Assembly (NCBI GenBank): GCA_964016885.1
Contig: OZ024741.1
Span: 58,032,001 to 58,096,000 of the forward strand
Origin: Eledone cirrhosa
Lineage: Eukaryota
DNA: 64,000 bases
Reading direction: 5' to 3'
In this document: positions 38,443 to 51,691 of the stretch, piece by piece
Numbering within the stretch: the first letter of the stretch is position 1
Layout of the letters: every line of letters begins with the position of its first letter
The notes under the pieces: generated by a model
The model's database searches: none
Seen by the model: only the letters and a program-made list of their open reading frames with translations
What the model was told of the DNA's origin: nothing
Position numbers and translations under genes: made by a program

Positions 38443-40593
38443 GGGAGACATGATATGAAGGTTAAAAAACACTTGTGAATAATTATGTTAATTTTAAATC
38501 TAACCACCCCACTAATATTAATAATGCTATAATTAGCAATATTGGAAAAAGAGTATCCAACCTATCTTCTAATAAAAACATCTTTGATGCTAACGCCAAT
38601 TACTATAATAACGCGCTTTCTAAAGCCGGTTATCCTGATAAAATCAAATATAGTAAAGAAACAAATTCTAGAAGATCTTACAGTAGAATAATTAATCATG
38701 ATCATTCCAATAACTTTAATAAAAGACCTAGATACAAAAACATAATCTGGTATAATGCTCCTTTCTCCATCTCTATTAATAATAATATTCCCAAATTATT
38801 CTTTAGTGCCTTAAATAAATGCTTCCCTCCCTCACATATCTATAGTAAAATATTTAACAAACACACTATACAATTTTCCTATTCGACCTCCTTCAACATC
38901 TCCAACATTATCTCTAAACACAACAATAAAATACTAAATACTAAATCTCTTCCTTCCAACACTGAATATCATAATAATAGTAATAGTACTCCCGACGTCA
39001 TTGTTAACTCTAGGCTAATTTCTGCAAACCCAAATACAACGTCAAACGCAACTTCGTTAAATGTCCTTAATCTCATTCTAAATCAAGAAACTATTATTCC
39101 TATCATAAATAACTTCTCCAATCCAATTCCTCCTATAGATAACAATAGGTCACTTGTTAATAACTCTGTTAATTTCTCTCATCACAACTGTAATTGCCCT
39201 GTTAAAAATAAATGTCCTCTCAACAACCATTGTCTTGAAAAAAACTTAATCTACGAATGTAAAGTTATAACTGACACCAATTCCTTTACCTATTTTGGCT
39301 CCACTTCAACCTCTTTTAAAGCTCATCTTTATAATCATCATTCGTCTTTTAAATACCAACTTAAAAGAACCAACACGGCACTCTCAGAACTCATATGGTC
39401 CTTGAAAGACAAAAATATTAACTATAACATCTCTTGAAAGGTTTGTTCTGCTTCTCCATACTTGAATGGTTCTCTATCCAAGACATGCAATCTCTGTTTA
39501 TGTGAGAAACTTACCATTATATCTAATTTAGATTCTATAATAAATAGACGCACTGACTTGTTTTCTCTCTGCTTGCATACATTCCACAGAACATTCCATA
39601 AAGTATACAGCTAATATCTAATACTTTACCAATTTAAAATCCTTTTCTCAAAGGCACATATATATATATATATACATATATATTTCTTTAAAAATATACC
39701 CATCTTTCTACCTTATTTCAATGTCATTTATTATACATTATATAATACTAGTTACTCATTCTATATCATTCCTATTTATCATTTCCCTTTCTTTCTTTTT
39801 TACTTTTTTCTTTTCTTTTTTTCTTTTTCTTTTAATTTCTAACCTCTAATCTGTACCTTTTCATCCTAGATACTTCTCAATTATCATTGTGCCTAACGTA
39901 GAAACAATTATTACTCAGCACAATATATGCTTACTTCATAATATCACCTTGAAAAAATCCTTCATAAACATAAACATTTTTTTGACGTTAGATTATTCAT
40001 CCTCAATTCATTATTTTTTTCTCCCTTTCATGCTCATCTAACTTATACATATTACACTTATTCATCCACTCTTCTACTTCTTTTCACAATATATCCTTAA
40101 TCACATTACTATTGTTATATTTTTATATTTTTTAATAATACATATCAACAATTTCTTTCCATCGCACATATTATTAAACCCTTAAATATTATTCTTAATA
40201 CATATTAACAATTTCTTTTCATCGCACATATTATCAAACCTTAATTTAACATTATTCTAAAATTTTTCTCTTCGTTAATTTTCAAATTCTTTTAATTTAT
40301 ACATTATCTTCCAACGGTTTTTTTAACCTCTCTATGTAAAACAATATATTTTTCTCAGTTATAAAAGCTATCTCTCTCTCTCTATCACCCATCTCTCCTC
40401 CTATCTCATCCTTCCTCATTATACTCATCCCCCTCCACGTTTTACTGTCATCACCTCCTCTTTTTCATCCTTTCCACCCCCCACCCCTCAATTTTTTTCA
40501 CAATATCACACATCAATCTAAAACTACTTTTCATATGTTGATTTAAAACTGCACTATTCACAAGTGTTTTTTAACCTTCATATCATGTTTCCC

Positions 40594-40664
40594 TATTTTA
40601 TCTGACGAAAACGCAAATGTTATTGCATGATGATATTTGTTTTTGAAATGCGCATAATAAAATA
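40594..40664 (+). ncRNA. Minimal type I hammerhead ribozyme of PLE 3
   Basis: tattttat CTGACGA aaacgcaaatgttattgcatgatgatatttgttttt GAA atgcgcat A ataaaata. Perfect 8-bp helix I, palindromic helix III, AUA triplet. Confidence 0.9.
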
Positions 40665-40892
40665 CATCTTTTGATCTGATATATTATATGAATAGATATG
40701 TATATATATATATATATGTATACATACATATATCTACATATATATATATATATTTATTTAGGTTTGTTCGTTCACCACTGGATAGAATTGGTCATTCCGT
40801 ATGGTCAATCTTGATGTAGAGTACTCAACGTAGTGTAGTTCACCCATCTTCGTTTGTGTAGTTGGTGGTGCTAATACGGAGTTAATTATTAC

Positions 40893-41064
40893 AAATAAAA
40901 TAACAGGAGGCTGGACTGGTGTAAATCCTAAAAAAGTTTATTATACTATGATCATTTCAATGACCGGGTTCCGTATGAATCATACGGAACCCGGTCATTG
41001 AAATGATCATAGTATAATACACTTTTCTAGGATTTACACCAGTCCAGCCTCCTGTTATTTTATT

Positions 41065-41065
<1 letters not shown>
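40893..41065. repeat. 86-bp-arm palindrome centred on 40979; each arm carries the 3' half of a hammerhead
   Basis: The arms are reverse complements with ~2 mismatches. GAA atgatcat A at 41000-41011. Confidence 0.85.
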
Positions 41066-41109
<44 letters not shown>

Positions 41110-41110
41110 G

Positions 41111-41219
41111 ATATTAATAAATGGAAACTATATTTATAAAACAAAATACTTGTCGAGTGCTTTATATCAGTTATAAAAATATTTACTTGTTGTATCCCAA
41201 CAATTTTAAATAGAACTTT

Positions 41220-41222
<3 letters not shown>
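41111..41222 (+). mobile_element. Minimal footprint of the PLE 2 family (inverted terminal piece + 3' tail)
   Basis: 41111-41142 resembles 13161-13193; 41144-41222 resembles 15756-15834. Confidence 0.7.
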
Positions 41223-41283
<61 letters not shown>

Positions 41284-41360
41284 CATATATACTTATACAT
41301 ACATACATACATATATATATATAGACACATATACATACACACACATATACACACACACAT

Positions 41361-41395
<35 letters not shown>

Positions 41396-41859
41396 TATAT
41401 ATATATATACACATGTATATATATATATGCCATATTCCTGTATCAGATATATTTCATCATATATTAATAAATATTTGTGCAAGATAGACAAATATAGGAG
41501 ATGACATTATAACTGAATTACATTTATCTCCATCTGAGCTGTCCAAACATTAATTCCTCAAAGCTATGCATATGATGGAGGTGTAACTCCATTACAACAA
41601 CAGCAGCAACAACAAAAAAGAGAGAGATGTGTAACTGTTACATCAACAATAACAAAATAGAGACAGGTGCAACTGTATTATAATAAACTGGCAACAAAGA
41701 TGTTATATATATATATATATATATATGAGTGTGTGAATGTATGAGTGTGTGCATATGTGTGTATGTGTACATATATACCATCATCATGATTTAACGTCCA
41801 TTTATTCCTGCTAGCAAAAGGATAGACACACACACACAGACATATAGATATATATATAA

Positions 41860-42280
41860 AGAGAGGGGGACAAGGAGGCTGGAGAGAGAGAGATGGAGGA
41901 GAGGGAGAGAGAGGAGGTGAGAGAGAGAAGGAGAAAAGAAGAGAAGAGGGAGAGAGTGGGGGAAAGGAGAGAGAAGTAGAGAGAGAGATAGGAGGAAGGA
42001 GAGAGAGAGAGAGATAGGAGGAAGGAGAGAGAGAGAGAGAGATAGGAGGAAGGAGAGAGAGAGAGAGAGATAGGAGGAAGGAGAGAGAGAGATAGGAGGA
42101 AGGAGAGAGAGAGAGATAGGAGGAAGGAGAGAGAGAGAGATAGGAGGAAGGAGAGAGAGAGAGATAGGAGGAAGGAGAGAGAGAGATAGGAGGAAGGAGA
42201 GAGAGAGATAGGAGGAGGAGAGAAAGAGATAGAAGGAGGAGGAGAGAAAGAGACAGAAGGAGGAGAGAGAGAGAGACAGC
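41860..42280. repeat. Polypurine minisatellite (GA)n-TAGGAGGAAG
   Basis: About 10 units seen directly. (GAA)n tracts also lie at ~42570-42750 and 43327-43400. Confidence 0.92.
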
Positions 42281-42819
42281 CAGAAAGAGCTCTATGAAGT
42301 AATATTTTGGCAATAGATGTTCTCTCTAGGGTACATAACCTAGAGATTCTACTGCAATAAAAAGCAGAGCATAAATAAATGGTATATATCAAGAGGAAAT
42401 ACTCAATTCTCAATCTCTCAGCCTTAGCAACCATGTCACCAAAAGTACTATAATGATTTGTCGGAATCAGAATTGGAGTCAAAGAGAGACACGAAAAAAA
42501 TTATTTATTTATTTTGTTGCTGCACATGGTACCTAGTAATGCAGCTACTAAGTGGTGGTGGGGGGGAGAAGAAGAAGGAGGAAAAGAAAAAGAAATGGAA
42601 GAAAAGAAAAAGAAATGGAAGAAAAAGAAAAAGAAAAAAGGAAAAGAAAAGAAGAAGAAGAAGAAGAAGAAGAAGAAGAAGAAGAAGAAGAAAGAGGAGG
42701 TGGAGGAAAAGAAAAAAAGGAAAAGAAAAGGAAGGAAAAGAAAAAGAAGAATTGCCTTGTGAGACAAGCCAGGTCCTATGACTATCACTTGCTCGTACAA
42801 GGCTGGTTTTGGCATGGTT

Positions 42820-43187
42820 ATCATCATCATCACCGTTTTACGTCCGTTCTTCCACGCTAGAATGGGTTAGATGGGTTGTCCTGTTGTGGGCAGTGTCTGG
42901 TCGGCTAACCATGCCTTGCTCATACAGGAACTGATTTGGCCTAATTTCTACAGCTGGATGCCCTTCCTAACACCAACCTCATTTACAGTGAGTGCTGGGT
43001 GCTTTTTTGTGGCGCCTACACGTCCACTTTACAGTGTGGGCTGGGTGCTTTTTTGCCGTGGCACCTCCATGACCACCTTGCAGTGGGGGGTGTGGGCGCA
43101 TATTGTCTATATGCTTCAGCTTGTACCCATGGGAGGTCGGGTACTCTGTATTACTGCGTGACGCCAGAGGTCACGGCCGTGTGTCAT
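42820..43187 (-). mobile_element. RTE family B 3' end
   Basis: Matches 22727-23100. Confidence 0.87.
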
Positions 43188-43725
43188 CGCCATATATATA
43201 TATATATACACATATATACAAATATATACACATATATATACATATATATACACTCATATATATGTATATATACACTCATATATACATATATATACACTCA
43301 TAAATACACACACGCATATATATATTGAAGAAGAAGAAGAAGAAGAAGAAGAAGAAGAAGAAGAAGAAGAAGAAGAAGAAGAAGAAGAAGAAGAAGAAGA
43401 AATGTTAATTTCTTTCTAATGCAACAAGCATTCTTAGCAGCAATAATATAAACAGAGTTAAATTACAAACTAGAAATGGCTGGCTCTTTTATCTGTCTAC
43501 AGCATTGGGAGGTATATATATATATAGATAGATATACATCATCATCATCACCGTCTAACATCCATTTTCCATGCTAGCATGGGTCAGGCGAATTGCTGTG
43601 TCGTGAGACAAGTTAGTCCAATGACCATCACTTGCTCATACAAGACTAGTTTTGGCATGGTTATACATATATATATACACTCATATATATACACACACAC
43701 ATATATATATATGTACATATATATA

Positions 43726-44336
43726 TGGTGGCTGCCAACTCGTTTTCGAGTACGGCCACTACTTTATATCCATGTAGGAGAACCCCTACCGATGCGCTGA
43801 ACGAATGTGACTTTTTAGTCCAGCCAGCGACTTGAAAACTCTGGTACAAAGACTACACTTGTGACCATTATTGACACATAGTGCAGGGCCCATGGTACCA
43901 TGTGATGACAAGTGCAGAGAGATCTCCAGATATAAAGCAATGCCTGTGCTGTGAAGCTTTTATAGTGAGCAAAGGCACTGCACAAAGCCAGTCCCACTCT
44001 CTTAACCAAGATGATATTTACCAAAAAGAAGAACAAGTCAACATCATTGGATACCATCAGAGTTGCAGGTGTTATATCAGAGTTTTCCTTCTCCTAGAAT
44101 TCTGCCTTGACAAAGGCTAAGGGGTCATCTCTCCCGGTGATTTTGGATGGCTATTGAGTCTTAAGAGCTCCCTTGCCCTTTGACAGGTTTTGTTTTTAGT
44201 CCTGCAGGATGTCCAAAGTCACCCTTTCACCAAGAAACCTTGGTGGGGTTGCCAGTTTAGTCGCCAACGACCCGACCATGAGACAGGTTGTACTGGGATA
44301 CATGTTACCAGTAGCACCAACTGGTGACCTGACAAC
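43726..44336 (-). mobile_element. Non-autonomous RTE-derived element, longest copy (3)
   Basis: Reverse complement of 3877-4476 plus ~12 extra 5' bases. Confidence 0.8.
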
Positions 44337-44371
<35 letters not shown>

Positions 44372-44409
44372 TATATATGTACAATATATATATATAGAAA
44401 GAGAGAGAT

Positions 44410-44960
44410 TATATATACAGTGAAGTATGTATTTTTTACGATGACATATAGAAGTTGATGTATATATGGTGAGGTGAGACTGAAGCACTCTATGTTGTAT
44501 GAAATGATGCAGCTAGCCACTAGGTTGACCTCTAGGTGAGTGGGTACTGTTGTGTAGAGGGAGACAACATTGAGGCTAAAGGTATATCTATTGAGTTTAA
44601 GTTGGCTAAGTTGTAGCTGATGTAGTCTTTGTGTGACTTCATAGGAGCAGCGATAATGTCTGGGAAAAGTAGAAAGCAGAGATTTATGGATCTGGGAGAG
44701 GGACCACGAGATTTTATAGAAGGGTTCTTCTACACTAGAAACAATGGGTCTAATCTGGAGATTAGTTTTGTGAGTTTTAAGAAGATGGCAGAATATTGGC
44801 AGTCTGCTGTTTCTGGTGGTGAAGATGTTTTTATACTTGTTGGGAAGTTTTCTCCGTCTGCAGATATCCCTCCAGGTGGTGTTGATGTGGTTCTCAATCT
44901 GGGATGAAGTTATGCCTGTCACTTCTATATATAGTCCACCATTGCTGAAGTGCACAGAAG
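44410..44960 (-). pseudogene. Penelope-like RT fragment (PLE 4)
   Basis: LLKTHK..IRPIVSS..PFYKIS..SLNVVSLYTTVP..KNTYF. Confidence 0.8.
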
Positions 44961-45209
44961 GTGTTTACTACTTTTTCAATTTACAGAGAAATTCGTATTT
45001 TCTGGCATGTTTACGTACCTACATATTAAATATGTGTATATATTTATACATGTTGGTGCAGTCTTGGTTATACACTCTGTATTTATACAGATCTAACTTA
45101 ACACACTTCCGCTGCTAGTGCACTTCTCAATATATGCTACATATAAATGTGTATGTTACAAAAAGTTTAGTCTGTCCCAAGCCAAGATCTTCATCGGGTT
45201 GGTGTTTAT

Positions 45210-45430
45210 CCTTGTTTCATTGGTGTTAATTGACTTAAAGCACAAAACTGCCACCTGGGAAGGTTGCCAGTCCATCATAACTGATGCTTACTTATTTTCC
45301 AATGATTGAACTAGAACAATATGAAATGAAGTGTTTCGCTGAAGAACACAATACCCCACCCAGTCCAACAATCGAACCGACAACATTAAGATTGTATGTC
45401 CAACACTCTAACCACTAAACCATATGCCTT
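45210..45430 (-). mobile_element. Old tRNA-derived SINE
   Basis: Minus strand: ggcatatggtttagtggttagagtgttggac..ggttcgatt (A and B boxes). Confidence 0.6.
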
Positions 45431-45434
45431 GACA

Positions 45435-45462
<28 letters not shown>

Positions 45463-45466
<4 letters not shown>

Positions 45467-45658
45467 AGGCTCAACTGAAACGTTCATAGGCTGACGAAGA
45501 TACCCTCATGGAATACGGTATATTTTCCAACATGGTCCATGGAAAGAAACAATGCAGTTATTAATAAGAAAAGTTGAAATTAATGCATGCAAAATTTCAC
45601 AGCTCTAGCATCACTACTCCTTCATAGTCAACCTATGAACTTTGAGCCCACCCCCGTA
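45463..45658. mobile_element. Degenerate Tc1/mariner-type MITE
   Basis: Imperfect TIRs ctgaaacgttcataggctgac / gtcaacctatgaactttgag; TA at the right end. Confidence 0.55.
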
Positions 45659-46009
45659 TGTATGAATGTGTATATCTCGTATGCACCACCCTCCCATACA
45701 TCTCCCATGAAAACAGGCTGAAGCATACATCTAGTGAAACCTCTACCCCACACTATAAAGTGGTTGTGATAGTAACACAGCAAAAAGCACCCAGCCCACA
45801 CTGTAAAGTGGTCATGTAGATGTCATGACGAAAAGCACCCAGTCCACACTGTAAGGTGGCATCCAGTTCTAGAAACCAAGTCAAAATCAGTTCTGTATGA
45901 GCAAGACATGGTCACCTAACCTGGCATTGCTCACAACAGGACAACTCATCTAACCCATGCTAGCATGGAAAAGTGGACATTAAATGGGGATGATGATTAT
46001 ATATATATA

Positions 46010-46636
46010 TTAGCAGTGGTACCCGGCATTGCACGGGATAAGGTATTTTGGAACACGGGCCGCCAACAGGCCTAATCGTGGAAAAACTGCATGCCTGGAC
46101 AATATGTAAAGAAAATAAACTGAATACTCTGATGGCTGGATAATCTCTAAGATTTTCCTCGATGAAGCAGGAAAAATGCATGTTTTCACCTAATGCAGGC
46201 TCTAGGGGAACAAGAAAATGAATTTTCTTTTATGTGCATAATTTATTGAAATTTCAGGAAAATCGGCTAGACGTAACGCCTCAAAATAGCCCTAAAACCT
46301 GAAAAAATTAAGTTTTTCACCTAATGCGGGCCTTAGGCCATAAAAAAGTTGGGTTTTCTTTGCTCATGGTATGAAGAAGAGACTGACTAATACATAGTTA
46401 CAATTTCAAGGAAACGCCTCAAAAAACCCCTAAAAAGCTAAAAAAATGCAGCTTTTCACCTAATGCGGGCTCTAGGGGATCAAAAAGTTGATTTGTTTTA
46501 TGTGCATAACACTCCCTGAAACATAAGTAATATACATGTAAAGTTTGAAAAAAGTAGGTTGGGTACTTCTCCAGTTTTAGGGATTCAAACTCACAGACAC
46601 ACACACACACAGACAGACTCCCTCAGTTTTATATAT
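46010..46636 (-). mobile_element. Non-autonomous Helitron-like element
   Basis: The minus-strand 5' end atatataaaactgaggg..ccctaaaactggagaagtacccaacc is homologous to the element starting at 52254. 3' hairpin cccgtgcaatgccggg followed by ctgctaa. Confidence 0.7.
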
Positions 46637-48571
46637 CATCATCATCATCATCATCAGGTTTAGCGTCCGTGTTCCACGCTTGCATGGGTTTGGACGGGGG
46701 TTTTCCCACTTGAGGCAAGAGTGGTTGTCTTGCTCGCATAGGACTGTTTGGCGAGTTTTCTACAGTTGGATGCCCTTCCTAACACCAACCACATTTACAG
46801 TGTGGGGCTGGGAGGTTTTTACCGTGTTGCCTACACGGCCACATTACAGCGTGGACTGTCTGGCGGGTTTTCTACAGCTGGATGCCCTTCCTAACACCAA
46901 CCACGTTTACAGTGTGGGGCTGGGATGTTTTTACCGTGTTGCCTACACGGCCACATTTACAGCGTGGACTGTGTGTTTTTTTGTCGTGACACCTAGACGA
47001 TCTCATTTGTTTCGGCCTGGATGTTGTGGGACCAACATAACTTTACATTGAAAGGGGCGGTGTGGATGGGGTGGAGGTGGTGGGACGGGGGTGTGTTTTG
47101 ATAGAGATGCCTACTGACTGTAGTAGGTTTTTACTTTGTATTTAGGTAAGGCGGGTCTTCTCTATTACTGAGTACCGCCAAAGATCTCGGTCCAGTGACA
47201 TTGTCTTGGAGAGGTGTAAGCGTGTGAGGTCGGAATTTATCAGCTCGTCCCAGGTTTTTCTGGGTCTGCCTACTCCGTGGCTACCGTCTATCTTTATTGC
47301 TCTGCACTTTGTTAGCATCACGTGACCGTACCAACGTACCCTTCTCTCGAGTAAACAACATCTGATCCCTCTTATTTCTAATTTTTTCCTTAGTTCGTTT
47401 ATGCTTTGCCGTTCACGTATATTACTATTACACATCCAGCGGAGAATGCAAGCTTCATTCCTCTCTAGTCTGCGTATATCCTCTGCACACAATGCCCAGG
47501 TCTCACTGCCATGCAACATTGCTATTCGTATGCAGGCATCGTATAACCTGCCTTTCATTTTTAGGGAGAACCCTCTGGCGGCTAATAGTGGTATAAGCTC
47601 TCTGAACTTTTTCCATCCAGTTCTGACTCTAGCTACTGTACTTTCAGAGCACCCTCCCCCACTGCTGATTTTGTCACCCAGGTAACGGAAGCTGTCCACT
47701 ATTTCTATAGAACCCTCTGCGCAGTTGAAGGAGCTAGTATTTGGTGGGCACTTGCTGCTACTTATTGCACCAGAGCACCGGCCACATGTAAAATCTATGT
47801 TCTTAGTTAGCTTACCTGTGATCCCACTACATCTTTTATGCACCCATACTTTGCATTTGGGACATAAAATGGAGTTTCTACCTACGCCTTTCCTACACAC
47901 TGAGCATGGCCATTTCCCAGATGGGACCGCCGCCTTATTTTCTTTCCTACAAACTAGAACTTTAGTCTTAGCCAGGTTAATTTTAAGGCCTTTTGATTCT
48001 AGGCCGTGCTTCCATGTTTGGAATTTCTTCTCTAGTTCGGTCATTGATTCAGCTATGAGCGTTAGATCATCTGCGTATAGGAGTTCCCATGGGCAGCCGG
48101 TCTTGAACTCCTCTGTTATAGCCTGAAGGGCAATAATACATAGTAGGGGGCTAAGAACAGAGCCCTGATGGACACCAACTTTTATGCTAAACTCTTCACT
48201 ATATTCGTTGTTAATTCTAACCTTACTGACTGTTTCTTTATACATGGCTTGTATAGCTCTCACAAGCCATTCGTCAACACCTAGTTTTCTAAGAGACCAC
48301 CAGATAATGGAACGGGGGACTCTGTCGAAGGCTTTCTCCAAGTCGACGAAAGCTAAGTATAGGGGTTTACTTTTAGCTAGGTACTTCTCCTGTAGTTGTC
48401 GTACAATGAAAAGAGCGTCTGTGGTACTTTTGCCTGACACAAACCCGAACTGCATTTCATCTAGATCAATTCTCTATCTGATTAGTTGCGCTATTACTTT
48501 TTCCGTGACCTTCATGACCTGGTCGATTAATTTAATGCCTCTATAGTTACTCCTATCTAGGGCATCTCCTT
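46637..48571 (-). mobile_element. RTE family C, 5'-truncated (ORF 47142-48455+), with a ~120-bp tandem duplication in the 3' UTR
   Basis: FVDLEKAFDRVP, GVHQG, LLYADD, PHD-type motif, FRYLG, RVRWYGHV; (CAT)n tail. Confidence 0.94.
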
Positions 48572-49004
48572 ATATATAGATATATATATATAAGGAGTTA
48601 TTTACAAGTGTCCAGTGCATTATTCAATAGGCTAAATAGAAAATACACTTAGATTTAGAGATGTATGTAACCCATGCTAGCGTAGGAAAATGGACGTTAA
48701 ACGGTGATGATGATGATATATCTCCTTATAATATATAACCAGCAATTTCTCTGTCTGTCTGTCCGACAGTGGAAACACGTGCGCGGGTGGTTGCTATCTC
48801 TCTCTCTCTCTCCAGCTATTCCTCTCTTTTAGTCTGTCTGTTTCTCTCACTCTCACTCTTTCTCTTTGTAACACACTAACATTCCTCCCCTCTATCGCTG
48901 TGACGAATGGGAAGATGGAGGAGGAGGAGGAGGAGAGAGTCACTTCGTCACTTCACCTCTGCCTTTCTTTCTCTCCCCTCTCACTCCCTCATTACGTACA
49001 GACA

Positions 49005-49200
49005 TTAGGGAGGTGGATTGGCAGAATCTGTAGAGAGTCAGACACCATGCTTCATAGCATGGAGTTACGTCCCTTTACGGTCTGAGTACAAATACCGCCG
49101 AGGTTAACTTTGCCTTTCATCCTCACGGGGTCGATAAAATAAAGTACCAGTAATGTACTGGGTAATTGCTGGCCTTGTGCCAAAAGTAGATACAATTATT
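49005..49200 (+). mobile_element. tRNA-derived SINE with Nin-like domain
   Basis: gccgaggttaactttgcctttcatcctcacggggtcgataaaataaagtaccag. Confidence 0.75.
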
Positions 49201-49320
49201 AGAAACATTGCTTCATTTTTACATATCTAAGCATTAGTAAAGTAACTAATAATTTCAAAAGTCATTTTTCAATTCCAATTGTTATGAACAGCAAAACATT
49301 GATAATAATTTTGTTCTAAG

Positions 49321-49640
49321 AAATATATATACATTTCTGTGTGTGTAATATATATATATACACACAGAAATATATATACATTTCTGTGTGTGTAATATAT
49401 ATATATACACGCACACACAGAAATATATATATATATATACACACAGAAATATATATACATTTCTGTGTGTGTAATATATATATATATATATACACAGAAA
49501 TATATATACATTTCTGTGTGTGTAATATATATATATATATATATATATAAACCCATGCAAGCGTGGAACATGGACGCTAAACCTGATGATGATGATGATG
49601 ACACACAGAAATATATATAGATTTCTGTGTGTGTAATATA
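49321..49640. repeat. Tandem array of palindromic units cacacagaaat-atatatac-atttctgtgtg separated by (TA)n
   Basis: About 5 units seen; interrupted by an RTE-C 3' tip at ~49550-49600. Confidence 0.85.
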
Positions 49641-49660
49641 TATATATATATATATATATA

Positions 49661-51690
49661 TCATCATCATCATCAACACCGGTTTACATCCGTTCTTCCA
49701 CGCTAGCATGGGTTAGACGGGTTGTCCTGTTGTGGGCAGTGTCTGGTCGGCTGACCATGCCTTGCTCATACAGGAACTGATCTGGCTTGATTTCTACAGC
49801 TGGATGCCCTTCCTAACACCAACCTCATTTACAATGAGTGCTGGGTGCTTTTTCGTGGCGCCTACATGTCCACTTTACAGTGTGGGCTGGGTGCTTTTTT
49901 GCCGTGGCACCTCCACGACCAGCTTGCGGTGGGGGGAGTGGGGGCATATTGTTTATATGCTTCAGCATGTACCCATGGGAGGTCGGGTACCCTGTATTAC
50001 TGCGTGACGCCAGAAGTCACGGTCGTGTGTCATTGACTTTGAGAGGTGTAGTTGGGTAAGGTCGGCTTTTATCACCTCATCCCAAGTCATCGTGGGTCTC
50101 CCCACTCCGCGGTTTCCATCAACTTCTAGTGCTCTGCACCTTTTTATGCAGCTGTCATCCTTCATACGCATCACATGTCCATACCAGCGTAACCGCCTCT
50201 CCTGCACGCAGCATTTGATTCCTCTTATGCTCAGTCTCTCTCTTAATTCCTTTATGCTTTGTCGTTCACGTATATTACTGTTACACATCCATCGGAGCAT
50301 GCAGGCTTCGTTTCTCTCTAATCTACGTAAGTCTTCCACCTTCAGCGCCCAGGTCTCACTACCATGCAACATCGCTGTTCGGATACACGCATCATACAGT
50401 CTGCCTTTCATTCTGAGGGAGAAGCCTTTTGCAGCTAGCAGTGGTAGTAGTTCCCTAAACTTCTTCCATCCCGTTCTTACCCTAGTTATTGTACTTTCTG
50501 AGCACCCACCTCCGTTGCTAATTCGGTCACCTAGGTAGCAGAAGCTGTCTACTGTTTCTACAGGGCCCTCCCAGAGATTGGTGGTACTTATTTCCTGTGG
50601 CTGTTTGCTTGCTGTTTCAGCACAGCTGCTGCATGTGAATCCTACATTCTTAATTAAGCTTCCTGAGATCCCGCTACATCTCTTGTGTACCCATTGTTTG
50701 CATTTGGGGCAGAGAATGGAGTTCCTACCTACACCTTTCCTACATACTGAGCAAGGCCATTTCCCTGAGGGGATCTGGGTTCTGTTTTCTCGTCTACTTA
50801 TAAGGACCTTAGTCTTTGTCATGTTGACTTTGAGGCCCTTTCTCTCTAGTCCCTGCTTCCAGGTTTGGAATTTATTCTCTAGTTCTACCATAGATTCAGC
50901 TATGAGTGCGAGGTCATCAGCATACAGGAGTTCCCATGGGCATCCGGTCTTAAACTCCTCCGTTATTGCCTGCAGGACTATGATGAACAGGAGAGGGCTA
51001 AGAACAGAGCCCTGGTGGACCCCAACCTGTACGCTAAATTCCTCGCTATACTCATTGCTAATCCTAACTTTGCTGACTGCTCCCCTATACATGGCTTGTA
51101 CCGCTTTCACAAGCCATTCATCTACTCCTAGTTTTCTAAGAGCCCACCAGATTACTGCACGTGGAACTCTGTCAAAGGCTTTCTCAAGGTCGACAAATGC
51201 CAAGTAGAGTGGCTTACTTTTAGCTAGGTACTTTTCCTGTAATTGCCTCACAAGGAAGAGGGCATCAGTGGTGCCTTTCCCTGGTACAAACCCAAATTGC
51301 ATCTCGTCTATATTCACCCGGTCCCTAATCAGCTGTGCTATAACTCTTTCTGTTACTTTCATGACCTGGTCCATCAACTTTATACCTCTATAGTTTCCTC
51401 TATCTAGTGCATCGCCTTTACCTTTGTAGCAGTTGACAATGATGCTACTGCACCAATCTTTTGGTATGGCCCCCTCTAGTATTACCTGGTTAACGATATG
51501 TGTGGTTATAGTGTGACCTACAGACCCAGATGCCTTCAGCATCTCGGCAGCTATACCCGATGGACCGGTTGCCTTCCCTATCTTCATATCTCTGATTGCC
51601 TTACTTACTACGCTGCCGCTGACTTGTACTGCTGGTTCCTCTATAGGGTCTACGTGGGGTAGGGTCTCTTCTTCCCATGCATTCTCCTCA
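49661..51690 (-). mobile_element. RTE family B, 5'-truncated; ORF open from 49962 to ~51690
   Basis: GKATGPSG, NYRGIKL, FVDLEKAFD, LLYADD, PHD-type motif, [14 protein letters not shown]; 3' UTR and (CAT)n tail. Confidence 0.95.
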
Positions 51691-51691
51691 T

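Larger units (their letters stand above)
38332..40686 (+). mobile_element. Penelope-like element 3, 5'-truncated, with inverted HHR-containing terminal repeats (38332-38480 / 40556-40686)
   Basis: ORF 38475-39437 is homologous to PLE 2 (SNHP, IIWYNAPFS, KIFNKHT, CNC..CPL..C, LIY..YFGSTST..YNH) and continues past the stop with CNLC. The inverted arms are seen directly. Confidence 0.9.

Noticed and set aside
41678-42860. Leu/Ser- and Lys/Glu-rich ORFs
   Set aside because: Translations of polypurine simple repeats.
49321-49640. CRISPR-like palindromic repeats
   Set aside because: The spacers are just (TA)n, the context is eukaryotic and there are no cas genes.
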